DNA of 64,000 nt. Origin: Cladosporium halotolerans. Lineage: Eukaryota. How positions within the stretch are numbered: position 1 is the stretch's first letter; each line of letters opens with the position of its first letter. The notes under the pieces are model-generated. The model did no database searches. It worked only from the letters and a program-made list of their open reading frames with translations, and was not told the DNA's origin. This document shows, piece after piece, positions 48,918 through 60,460 of this stretch. The stretch spans positions 868,001 through 932,000 of the forward strand of contig NW_027191458.1 in NCBI RefSeq assembly GCF_011745625.1, read 5' to 3'. The position numbers and the translations under genes are program-made.

Positions 48918-49132
48918 TGTTATGACCACCAGCGAGGAAGACGGTCCCGATGAACTGAAAGTGGAAGGAAGGGACGAATGCTTTCTAATGACTAATGCGT
49001 ATCCAATCTCGGTTGCACGTTCTATCAGGCATTACGCTCGCCTTGTATGCTTATGGACCATCAATTGGTGGCTCCTGTGCTTCGCCATATACGTCGTTCT
49101 TCATCGCTTAGCACCCCGTGTGCTCTCCGCGA

Positions 49133-50602
49133 TCACGCAACACCCTTGATCCAATCCATGTTGCTCCTGATGTCACCAAACCATGCCATGAGAATGTCCT
49201 CGTAGTAGTACGACCTCGGCCTCCACTGGCCCCGATCACCAGCTTTGGGCAGCTCGCTCTTGCCAGCCTTCACGTACGTGCTGGTCAAGTTCAGGACCGG
49301 CTTCTCCTTCATCGCCTTCCTCTCAGCATCGCTGCACCGCGGCACGACCTCAGTCACGCCCTCCTTCCGCATGCGCTTCAGGATCCTACAGACCATCTGC
49401 GCCGTCGCGTCCGCGCCCAGAGTCCAGGACGCGTCCACGTAGCCGATCGTCATCGCCGCGTTGGGGAGGTCCTCGAGCATGACGCCCTTCCAGAAGAACT
49501 TCGTGCTGACGTCGTACGGTTCGCCGTCGACGGAGATCTTCATGCCGCCCGCCATCTGGATCTTGAGGCCCGTCGCCGTCACGATGATGTCGGGGTGCAG
49601 TTCGCGGCCGGAGGTGAGCTTGATGGTGTCTTGCGTGACGGTGTCGATGGTGCCGGTCTCGACGCTCGCGGAGCCGTTGCGGAGCGATTTGTAGAAGTCG
49701 CCGTCGGGGCAGAAGCAGAGGCGCTGTTGGAAGACGTTGTATTTGGGCGTGAAGTGGGGGTCGATGGGCGTGGTTTCGGGTAGCTGTTTGGCCGCGGCTC
49801 CCTTGACCATTTTCTTAGCTGTGGCGGGGAAATATTTGAAGAAGGTGGTCAGAAGGAATGGCAGAAGGATCCACTTGAAGCGGATGAGTCGGTATGCGAG
49901 GGCGGCGGGCAGCCATGCTCGCATAAACTTTTCGGCTGCGTCTTCGGTAGGCTGTGAGAGCAGGTAGGAGGGGCTACGTTGCAGCATGGTGACATGGCTC
50001 GTGTCCTTTGCGAGTACAGGAAGGAGCGTAACGGCGGTTGCTCCAGAGCCGATGATGACTACGTTCTTGTCCTTATAGTCGAGGTCTTTGTTCCAGAATT
50101 GAGGGTGGACAACTTCTCCTTTGAAATTTTCGATACCGGGGATAACGCTGGGAAGAGGGCTCTTGTAGTCGTAGTAGCCCGTGCAGAATTGCGCCCATCG
50201 ACTGCGAATCGTCTTCTTCGTTGACCCGTCTGCGGTGACGTCGAATCCCCATGATTTCTTCACAGTCGACCAGTTGGCGGAGTCTACTCGGTGGTTGAAC
50301 AGGATTCGCTTATCAATGCCATACATCTCAGCCGAGTCCTGGACATACTTGATGATGAGATCACCCTGGGCAATCGAGGTGGTTTCGGTCCAGTTCCGCC
50401 AAGGGAATCCGAATGTGTAGAGGTCAGAGTCTGAGCGAAGGCCAGGGTATTGGAAGAGGCTCCAGGTTCCGCCGACCTCGTGACGTCCTTCTAGAATAAT
50501 GTAACTGAGCTCTGGGTTGCGCTCCTGGAGACGGTATGCACAGTTGATGCCAGATATGCCAGCGCCAATGATGACCACATCGTAATCAATGGTGGAAGCC
50601 AT
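49133..50602 (-). CDS. Baeyer-Villiger-type flavin monooxygenase (EthA/AlmA-like)
   Basis: IIGAGISG, GGTWSLFQYPGLRSDSD, fingerprint FKGEVVHPQFW, IGSGATA, LQRSPSY, QRLCFCPDGD and ASWTL; intronless. Confidence 0.92.
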   Translation of the reverse strand: MASTIDYDVVIIGAGISGINCAYRLQERNPELSYIILEGRHEVGGTWSLFQYPGLRSDSDLYTFGFPWRNWTETTSIAQGDLIIKYVQDSAEMYGIDKRILFNHRVDSANWSTVKKSWGFDVTADGSTKKTIRSRWAQFCTGYYDYKSPLPSVIPGIENFKGEVVHPQFWNKDLDYKDKNVVIIGSGATAVTLLPVLAKDTSHVTMLQRSPSYLLSQPTEDAAEKFMRAWLPAALAYRLIRFKWILLPFLLTTFFKYFPATAKKMVKGAAAKQLPETTPIDPHFTPKYNVFQQRLCFCPDGDFYKSLRNGSASVETGTIDTVTQDTIKLTSGRELHPDIIVTATGLKIQMAGGMKISVDGEPYDVSTKFFWKGVMLEDLPNAAMTIGYVDASWTLGADATAQMVCRILKRMRKEGVTEVVPRCSDAERKAMKEKPVLNLTSTYVKAGKSELPKAGDRGQWRPRSYYYEDILMAWFGDIRSNMDWIKGVA

Positions 50603-51949
50603 GGACGGTGGCGTGGCGACAAACGCAACGAGATTGGAGAGTTGGGAGGATCCGGCGACGCCTGCAGGATTGTGGAGGACGCAGGGGTTTGAAACACCCT
50701 AGAACTCTGTCAAATATCTTGTGGAAAGAGGGGTTGATCGACGAGGACCGCGGTCTGTATCTTGAGGAGAGGCGTGAAATAGATGTTGGGCAACGAAATG
50801 TGCCTCGGCTCCTTCGGTGCCTGGCTGCCCGGCGTTGGCGATCGCAATGCTTGCCTTGTCTTGCCTGGTGGCTGATCTCCGAGCGCGGCTCGGCCCCGCT
50901 TCAGCCAACTTTATCCTTGCGTGCGTGGCCGCCGCCCGCGCCACGTCCGTCTGCATAACCGTATGTGCTATCATCCAACATCCGAACCCTGTCAGCCAAT
51001 CACGCTCTCGTCAGCGTCTGTGAGCCTATCACAGCTTCTGCAGCGCACCATCCGTCGGATTACACACCGCTATAAGCGTCACGCCACATCGCACCACGAT
51101 ATCAGCACCGAAGGCTGCGCCCACCGTACATATGTCTACACAGTCGGGACCCGACTCGCAGGCGCACATGTATGGCAGTGAGAGCGGCATTGCGTCGAAA
51201 TTTGGCTGTTTTCCACGCGCATGCTCAGCCATTTGACCCGGCGCGCCATTTAGCTCTATGGCTTAAAACCAGAATCTGTATGAGCCCTCGAGGAATTAGA
51301 ATGAGAGCCACATGCAGCGATTGTAGATGTTCATGCCTGAGTTGCGTCTGCGGCCACGCCTTCTGGACTTTCCTTATCGCGAGAGATTTCGATAAGGTGA
51401 AACCTCTTGAGCCAGATGTCATTGGCTAGCTACTATACCCGTCAGCTGCAGCTTCGAATTTGTGCAACAGCAAGCCCTTAAGCCTCTTCTTTGAGCTTGA
51501 GTTCTCCACGCGCAATGGAAGCTCCAGAAGATGATCACATACGAGACTGCTTGCCAGCTGCGCTCTCAAGTTCGCGCAGGTGCAGGCATTCTCCTCTGCC
51601 CCGGATGTTTACAATTCTCACGTCTTATGAAGGTGCAGTCACACAGCGTTCGTAGAATTTTGCGATACTATATGAGACTATGTGCACTATAAAGGAATTA
51701 TTGATTGTCAACACGTCGACGCATAACGGTATTCAGAAACACTTCGACGGGCCGTCTCTTTCTGCATGTGCGGGTGAATTCTATGGACGTTCGGAACAGA
51801 GGCAAGAGGCTAGCAGCCGGTGAGGATAGCGAGCTCGCTCTTTCATTATATGTTCGTAGGAGAGGACTAAGCTAACTTTGAGAAGATTGCAGTCCTATGA
51901 TCCCAGACTTTGAGGGTCCATACACTGAAATCACGCGTATTCGGGGCCA

Positions 51950-52411
51950 CTAATCAATGCAGTAACTCCCTGCTAAGGGACTCGATTGCTCAAGAAGACT
52001 AATCATGATGTTAGCCAAACCATACTTCAGACATCGCAAGATGATATACGTACTTGTTCACATCGAATCTCTCCCTATTACTGGCCGAGACGTTCGCGTG
52101 ATATGGCCGGAAGAATCCGTCAACCGTGTCTTGGACTTCATAGCACTTTCGCTTCTTGAGAAGTCCTGCATTTGGTCCAGTCCAGGTGAAGTTTATGTCT
52201 CGAATACCAGATTGGCCATCTTGGGGCACCGTAACGAGTGCAAATTGGACCTCTTCATTCTTCAATAGCTGAGCAAGTTTCGCAAGGACCTCATCATTTC
52301 CTGATGCTGAGAAATGCACCTCCTCGCGGCTGACGCACTCAACCAGTTGTCATTTCGCAAGGCGGTTAGAGACTCGGAGAGCTTGACTGCGTTATCGTTT
52401 GTCGATGCCAT
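51950..52411 (-). pseudogene. Coactosin-like ADF-H domain gene with an apparent frameshift near 52340
   Basis: ATG at 52411 in CAACAATGG context: MASTNDNAVKLSESLTALRNDNW. After a frame change: VSREEVHFSASG..EEVQFALVTVP..RDINFTWTGPNAGLLKK..FFRPYHANVSASNRERF. Intron 51999-52053 (GTACGT..GCTAAC..TAG) leads to a last exon NLLEQSSPLAGSYCID*. Confidence 0.68.
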
Positions 52412-54738
52412 TGTTGAAGAAGGTGTGGAAGAACCGATGCCAGGGCATGCGAGCGAGGCTTTGCTTTATCATAAGGCGAGCGTCGGAGTGGAGTAGCAGG
52501 AGTGTCCCTCCATGCCTTCGGGAAACTACGGACACGTCACTCTCGTCCAGAAACTAGATCGCCTTCTCTGGAAATCATAAGATTTTCTGTCCTAAGGCTC
52601 GGTCGCATCTTCAATAGGTCTGTGCTTGTCAATCTTGCTATAGGCGGTCTGCGACGATCGACAAATTACTCATCTGCGATGCCTCGTAATGATGTTCGGG
52701 CCTTTCTTAAGCTATTCGTAACGCTTATGTCATAGGGACATATTGTCTTGGGATCTTCCTGTTCTTTCTACTTCCACGTCTGGGAAAATCAGGCTTCCTG
52801 GAGTGAAAGTTTTTGGTGCTCTGAATATTTTGGGTACGCAATTGAAATGAATAGAGATTAAAGAGTAGCTTCCAGGCTATCTGACGAACGAAAATCGCAA
52901 TTTGAGTGGGTCTCCCACAAGCTTCCGATATGAAAATGTCGCTGCTGTGGCTTCGATAGTGGAAGTCATTGGGATGCAAGCGGACCTCTTCTGCATGACA
53001 TTGCGAATTTCGCTTGATATCGCGCCCCTTAGCGGATCCCATAGTGTCGATCGATCGACCATCGTCTTCATACAGATATGATAGAGACCAAGACCCTCAA
53101 GTACGCATCTTTATAGACATCGGAGACATGCTGATCATCGGGAAGCGTCGAAGGTAACAGAAGTTCAGACATAGCACCATGTATCCTTGTCAGTAAGGCA
53201 GACTGATCAACCAGGAATGCAGAGATGGAGCATCAGGGAAGTTATTGCGTTTCAATCAACCGCGTAAAATGGTTCGTTTCAAGCAGCCATTGGTTGGTGT
53301 GCAGCCAATAAGCGAACAGAAGCCAACGGAAAGTGAGCAGCCATTGACCGAAGAGCAGCACTTGTGAAACTTGTGAAAGCCGTCTCTGCAGGGCGGCGAT
53401 CTTCGAATGACCCTCTCATTGCTTTGCGCGCAGAAAATTCATTCCAATCAACAAGAATTAAGAACCAGATTGGCAAAGCGTCGCATTGGACCAGTAGATA
53501 CGTCGAGTTCATCAGACAACACTGCATCACGCGGAATGGGTACCCCAGTACCCGAGGTTTTAGCATTTCGGGGATGGCTCCGTCCGACAAACTCCGCGCT
53601 AACCCGGCGTTTTGCACAACTTCAACAGCTTGGCGTGGTCTGCTCTTTACAGCAATGAATCCCGCTTGCCTCCAGCTCGACCTCTTCTTGATCAGTTCCG
53701 GTCGCATCATTGAGCAACACTCGATGTTCGCGCTCGAGTCTGAAAATCTATTCTGCCCCCATTGCGCATCGTCTTTGCGTGTTGCGTAATGATTCGCGCG
53801 CATTAAGCGTTGTACGTGCGTACGTGAACATGCTCTATGCAAGCGTCAGTCGCTTTCCGTGCACTACCGGGTAATAGGTACATTGCAAGATAGCCGCCGT
53901 GCTGCGAGCAATCGACTTTCTCATTTTATCGAGCTTGCGAACGCATGACCTATCAATTGCACACTTGCCGGGTACAATCTCAGTCTCCTACCATGGGTCG
54001 TAATCACTGGAGTGTGCGACGTCTGTTTAAGCTTAATCCCACGGATATCCAAGCTTAATCCCCCGACTTCGTTTGTCATTGTACACTGTTATGGCACTTC
54101 AATCAGGTCACGAGCTTTATGTCGAAGTCTAGACCTCACAGCGGGATGATGCCACGTGCAACGAATGTTGCATCATTAGATCTTTCCAGAGTGATGCCAA
54201 CACGTACCCAGTGCATCAAATTCGATCAGGATGCGAAATGTGTCCCGGAAGCCTACGGCCGCGGCATGTGGTGGACCAGCTGGTTGGTACGAGGCACCCG
54301 TCGCACGAGCTACGGTGAGAATCAGATATCCATGGCGACACGGACTCTTGACAATGACCTCATGGTCGGAGATGATGAAAGGGCAGAGCTCGGGACATGA
54401 TCGCTGGAGTGTCGAACGCAACGCAAGCAACCGCATTGTGAGGTTATGGCAGGGAAAAGTGAGTGAAGTACGATGAGTGTCCAGTCAGTCGTTAGAGACG
54501 ATGAGTATCGCCCATGTCCCGAGCGTGTTGAAGTGTATTCTAAAAGTCCAGGAGGTTCTAACAACTAGGAACCCTGGATGAAAGTTGGGAAAAAAAGGAT
54601 CGATCGATCAAGGCGATGTGCACAACCAGCCGGCCAATTATTAAGACGACGCTCGCCTCGGCGAGAACCGCAAGTGGCAATTTAGGAAGGAATGACCTCG
54701 ACCAAAGTTCCAGGTTCTTGCGCAGGTGATTACAAACA

Positions 54739-54828
54739 CAGCAACCTGGACTTCGACAAGACACCAAGTGCGGCGTGATACAGCAACAACCTGGACTTCT
54801 ACGAGACACCGAGTGTGGCGTTATACGG
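54739..54828. repeat. 45-bp imperfect tandem duplication (2 copies)
   Basis: CAGCAACCTGGACTTCGACAAGACACCAAGTGCGGCGTGATACAG versus CAACAACCTGGACTTCTACGAGACACCGAGTGTGGCGTTATACGG. Confidence 0.85.
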
Positions 54829-56179
54829 AAAGAGACAGATAAGGAAGGTACGAGCACGGTGACAAATGAACTCTGACGGTTCCGGAAGACAAATGGTCGT
54901 CTGGCTCTTTATTCAGGCAATCAGTTCTGCTCTATAGGAGACGATCACTTCTGAAAAGCGCACCATCAACAGTGCAATAATGTGCGTTCGTTAGCTCGGC
55001 ATTATGATAGACACAGTCAGCCGACACTAGGGGTGCACAAGTTCCTCAAATAACGAGAGTTCCCGACTCTGTCTGTTTCAGGCCGACAAGCACATCAATC
55101 TCAATCAAGCTGTCGGCCTGACCGATGACAGTACCCAACCTCTTACAGTAAGATTGCTCAATTCTATTAGCCTTCTTTGAAACTAATACCTTACGGCGGG
55201 TGAAGCGTCTCTTGGACATTTGTTCCAGTAGTAGGCTAACCGGGATTAATTAGAAGTAGGTGAGCATCACGTCGATTACGCTCACGCAGGAAAGGGTAGC
55301 CGACGTGGATCACTCGCGCGGAGTCGTGAAGTCAATATTCCCTATTGCGATCCCGGAGCGTGTGGCCAACGAGCTTCCACTCACGCCAAGTACTCGGCCA
55401 ATGATACCATACTTGAGAATGGTCGTCCTTCATGCTGTTGTTGCTGCTTGCATTTGCTTGCTTGCGTGCAAAAAGCAAAGACTATTGACAACGATAAATG
55501 TTTTCATGCTTGGTCAGAGACAGCATGATGAAGCTGACCGAATGTATGTGACTTCGCCTATGAACATGCATCTACGCTGGAGGGGAGTGGAGTGTGTCGA
55601 GCAGGAAGCGAACTCGAGGTTGTGGTGGACGAACACATTGAGCGCAGCACGACAAGAGCCGCGTGAATGCGCTGCAACGAGCGTGATCAAGTACATGTGT
55701 ATCGATTTTGTCACATTTGACGTATCGTATATACAGTGCAACAGAGCGGAGAAAAGGGAACGAGCGAATGCGAAAATCAATTCGAGTCATGCAGCAACAT
55801 GCAAGACTCTCAGCGTCCAATGATGAAGCGCTTTCTGTCGCAACCTGAATATGTATGCATATGGATGGCCGCCAAGGTGGAGCCGGAGGTCACGTTACAT
55901 TTCCCCTCACCTCCACCTTTCCTAGACGACTGCGACTGAAAGGTTCACGACGACCAAAACAGTCGTCATTGGTGGACTGGCGCGCCGATCATTGATTTGG
56001 TCAAAATTCCAAGCCATATCCCCGCAGACTACGACAAACAGATCAGAATTTAGCCGGTCACTGGGAGCACGTTATAAGATGCTCTCCAAAACATTCGGTC
56101 ATCATGTTTTCCTTCTCTGCGGGACTGCCTGTGCAGACCCCAGCTATACGCGGTCGACCAACATACATGATCATTGAGA

Positions 56180-58688
56180 ATGGTCGGCGGACGAGAAATC
56201 TCTCGGAGCGCTGCGCTTGTCGCAGCAGCTCTTCTCTCTGGAGTGAGAGCAGAGCTTGATTCGAGGCTTTGGTACGACCAACCAGCTGAGCTATGGACCG
56301 ACGCGTTACCGATTGGCAATGGACGGTTGGGTGCCATGATATACGGAAAACCAGATTCTGAGACCCTTCAGATCAACGAAGAAACCGTCTGGTCTGGAGG
56401 GCCCACCGATCGGCTGAATCAGAATGCTTCTCAGGCTGTCACCCAAGTTCGTGAACTTCTGGCCAACGAGCAGGTAGAGGAAGCAGAGAAGCTGGCAGAT
56501 CTGGGCCTCGTCTCAACTCCACAAGCGCAGAGGTACTACCAAACGCTGGGGAACATTGAGATCTACTTCGATGGTGGCCTGGATGAGTACAACAACGGCA
56601 GCTACGAGCGCTGGCTGGATCTGGACAACGCCACCGCCGGCGTACACTTCTCGATCAATGACACTCAGGTCGAGCGGGAGCTGTTCGCATCCGCACCGGA
56701 CGATGTTATAGTCCACAGGCTCACTGCCCAGGGTGGCGGTAAGCTATCGTTCCAGATGCGAGTCAATCGCCCACAAGACAACATCAACACGGCCTCGGAT
56801 AAGAGTTTCAACCGAGGCGGCAACTCAGTCTTCATGACAGGTGCTGCAGGAAGCTCCAATCCGATTGTTTTCGCGGCTGGCCTCACCGTACAGACTGATG
56901 GGAATCTCAAAGCTTGGGGCGAGTTCCTCGTGGTAGACAATGCCACTGAGGCGGTTGCCATGTTTGCTGCTACCACCACGTACAGAGAAGAAGATCCAGT
57001 GGCTGCCGTCGAGAGCACGCTCAATAGCGCCCGGCAACATTCCTACGAGGATCTCCGCCAGCGTCACATCGACGACTATCGGGCCATCTACGACACATGC
57101 AGTCTCAAGCTTGGCAAGGAGGATAACAGCACAACCGACATCTTGCCCACGAACGAAAGGATCAACGCTACCCAGAATGGCGCTAACGATCTTGACCTCA
57201 TTACGCTCGAATTCAACTATGGACGATATCTATTGATATCATCATCCCGACCAGGCACTCTTCCTGCCAACTTGCAAGGAATCTGGAACGAGGATTTCGA
57301 ATCGGCATGGGGATCTAAGTTCACGATCAACATCAATACCGAGATGAACTACTGGCCTGCTGAGCTCACTAATCTTCCATCACTCCACCAGGCTCTCTTC
57401 GACCATATCGAAAAGGTCAGGGTGAACGGCGAGGTTGTTGCTCGCGATATGTACAATGCGTCTGGTTGGGTAGGTACCTCCATAATCCAGAGGCTCAAAC
57501 GCTGCAGATGCTGACAAAGTCCAGGTGGTACACCACAACACAGACATCCACGGTGACGCCGCTCCTCAAGACCGCTACCCGCCAGCTTCATACTGGACCC
57601 TCACCTCTGCCTGGCTCTGCACGCACATCCTCGAGCACTACTTTTACAGCGGCAACCAAACCTTCCTGCAAGAGAAACTCCCCACCCTCACTGGCGCCAT
57701 CCAATTCTACCTCGACACTCTCCAACCCTACCAAATGAACGGCACGACCTACCTCGTCACCAACCCCTCCACCTCCCCCGAAAACACCTACTACACCGCC
57801 TCCAACGCCTCCGGCAGCATGACCGTCGGCCCGACCTGCGACTTCCAAATCCTCCGCGAGCTCTTCACCGGCTACCAGCACGCCGTCGCCTCCCTCCCCT
57901 CCCACCCAGCCATAAACGCCACCTTCCTCGCCGCCATGAACACCACAATGTCCCGCTTCCCCCCGCCCAAACTCTCCACCCGCTACCCCGGCGTCCTCCA
58001 GGAATGGCTGCACGACTACCCCGAAGCCGAGCCCGGCCACAGACACATCTCGCACCTCTACGCGCTCTACCCGGGGACCCAGATCCCCCCTCCCGACGCC
58101 CCAGGCCACAACCCGACCCTCTGGACCGCCGCGCGCAAGACCCTCGACTACCGCCTGGAGAACGGCGGCGCGGGCACCGGCTGGTCGCGCGCCTGGACGA
58201 TCAACTGGGCCGCGCGCCTGCTGGACGGCGCCGCGCTGGCGGACAACGTCTTCGAGTTCTTCAACCGCAGCGCGTACCCGAACCTGTTCGACGCGCACCC
58301 GCCGTTCCAGATTGATGGGAATTTCGGGTTTGCGGCGGGCGTGGCGGAGGGGTTGTTGCAGAGCCATTTTGTGAGGGCGGATGGGGCGCGGGAGGTGTGG
58401 TTGTTGCCTGCGTTGCCGGAGGGGTGGAGCGAGGGGAGAGTGGATGGGTTGGTGGCGAGGGGTGGGTTTGTTGTTGGGTTTGAGTGGAGTGTGGGAAGGG
58501 TTGGGAGGGTTAGTGTGGATAGTAGGCTTGGGGGGAGAGTGGTGGTGAAGTTTGATGTTGGTGGTGTTGGGGGAGGGAGAGTTGATGCTGGGGAAGGGAG
58601 TGATGCGTTTGGGGAGGTAGAGGACGGGATGATGTCGTTGGAGACGGAGGAGGGAGGGATGTATGAGTTTGATGTTATGTGGGATTAG
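56180..58688 (+). CDS. Secreted GH95 alpha-L-fucosidase
   Basis: Signal peptide, then LWYDQPA..ALPIGNGRLGAM, NEETVWSG, YGRYLLISSSR, PANLQGIWN and TININTEMNYW. Intron 57470-57524 gives GW|VVHHNTD. Also HRHISHLY, GWSRAW and PFQIDGNFG. Confidence 0.95.
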
Positions 58689-60460
58689 ATGTTTGTGAGA
58701 AGAAAGAGCGGAGGAGAACATACGCTGCTCTGTTAGATAGATGATACTTTTGTTATGAATTAAGGCTCTTCAACAGAGTAGTTGAATGACATCGCCGAAA
58801 AGGACCGGATACCTACCGACCTATTTTCGCCGGTGGGCTTCATAGACCTACAGCCATTTTCAAAGTCTAGAACAAAAGGTAACACCAACGTCAATCCTGT
58901 TTTCTTCGGACATTAAGGGATTCGCACACGCTGTGAAGCCGTCTGATCAGGAAATTACCTGGCATAGCTTGGAGATAAATCGTAGCAAAGAACTCCATCA
59001 TGGGTAATGAGTCTATTCTCGGGAACAAGTTTCGATGGCTTGGGCGATTTGGTAGAATGCCGATTTGCGAATGCGAAGTCATTTCACGAGCGGAGTGTCC
59101 GCTTGCAGTCTTCCGCTTGGCATAGATTTTCAGCCTTGTCAAATAGACATGACTCCGATCAGGCATGTCCAGTCGGAGGTGAGATTGCCGCCGACGCCGG
59201 CTGTACCTATGTTGCTGCACGGGATCCGACGAGAAGAACCCGGAGGTCAGGCAACACGGAGCGGCCGACCGACGCTGTCACCTGCCATCAGCCGCCGTAA
59301 CCAGACGACCAGGAAGTACACGAACACGAGCGAGGTGACATCGACCGCAGAAAATAATGTCTCCGAACAGTCACGGTGACAGCAGCGTGGCACGGTGACT
59401 TTCGAAAATTTGTTGACACACGCCGTCCTGCAGGCCTTCCCAAAACGGCAAACGGTACGACGCTTGGGCGGTGAAAATCCTCCGAGATACCATGGACGAT
59501 GTAGTGCCGCACGGACACCTCCGGTATAGTGAAGAGTCCAGGCAGACGGTGAATTGACTTCATCCAGGAGCCGCATTGGACGGTGCGATTGGAGGTTGGA
59601 GGGCGCGGATCGGAGCATGACAGAAAACTCCGACTCCGTTCCCATGCGCCGACCGGGGCGTCCTGTAAGGAATGTAGGGTATCATGCACGCCATTCGCTG
59701 CAGCCGCCCGTGCGCAGGTGTCCGAGTGCGAACAAATCTCGACTGGTAGAGTGGCTGCGGTTTAGCGCGCCACGCGGGAGGCAGCAGCATTGAGTTGAGG
59801 AGGACGAGCAGGGGAGTGAGGTGGGCGGGAGACAGGGTAGGATGATGGTGTGGTGCGAATGCAATAAGTCGATGCCGATGTGTCGATGTATGCAGACAAG
59901 ATTGCGGCATGACGACAGGATGTTGCCTGACCATCTCGGGCGGCACGCGCGTGGGCAGGGCGACGAGCAAGGCAGCAAGGCAGCAAGGCTCGCTAGCGCT
60001 GCCCGCCGTATACCACTGCAAAGCAAAGCCCACCAAGCTTTCGCTGGCCAGGCCCGCAGGCGTGAGAGCGAGAGCGAAGCTTGAGCTAAGCGAGGCCCCG
60101 CCGCAAACGGCATGGCCTGCTGGCCGACTCGTCGGGCCTCACTTCCTCCCGTCGCTTGTCTCCTAACTCCAGCGCCATAGCACCCATGAGCGCGGAGAGT
60201 GTGTCGCTCCGCCCGTCCCAAGGCCATGCGCCGGGCCATGCATACGGCGTGATTCACCCTGATTGCCCTCCGCCTGCGCGATCCAGGTTTGTATATATGT
60301 TTCTTCCGTCCGTGTACCACACTTCACTTTCTCCGCCATAGTCGACATTCCTTGACCCGGACGCGTCTTTGTTTGGGTCTCCACCTTCTGCGGTTTTCTC
60401 TTGCAGGAGCTTCTACCTTCATATAATCTCGTGCACCACCGCGCCTTCTATATCCTCACA

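Noticed and set aside
49133..50602. Intronless EthA-like monooxygenase as a possible bacterial transfer
   Set aside because: The family is widespread in fungi and the composition matches the host; lack of introns alone is not evidence.
53279..53842. 187-aa minus ORF and overlapping 141-aa plus ORF
   Set aside because: Non-ATG listed starts, no recognisable domain and no host-like codon bias; cannot be supported as genes.
57588..58721. 377-aa antisense ORF, and similar ones over NAT, UCH, both MFS genes and the BVMO
   Set aside because: Expected in GC-rich, codon-biased genes; no independent motifs.
59200..59700. Several CGG/CCG triplets upstream of the DHA2 gene as Zn2Cys6 sites
   Set aside because: Too frequent in GC-rich DNA to call without data.
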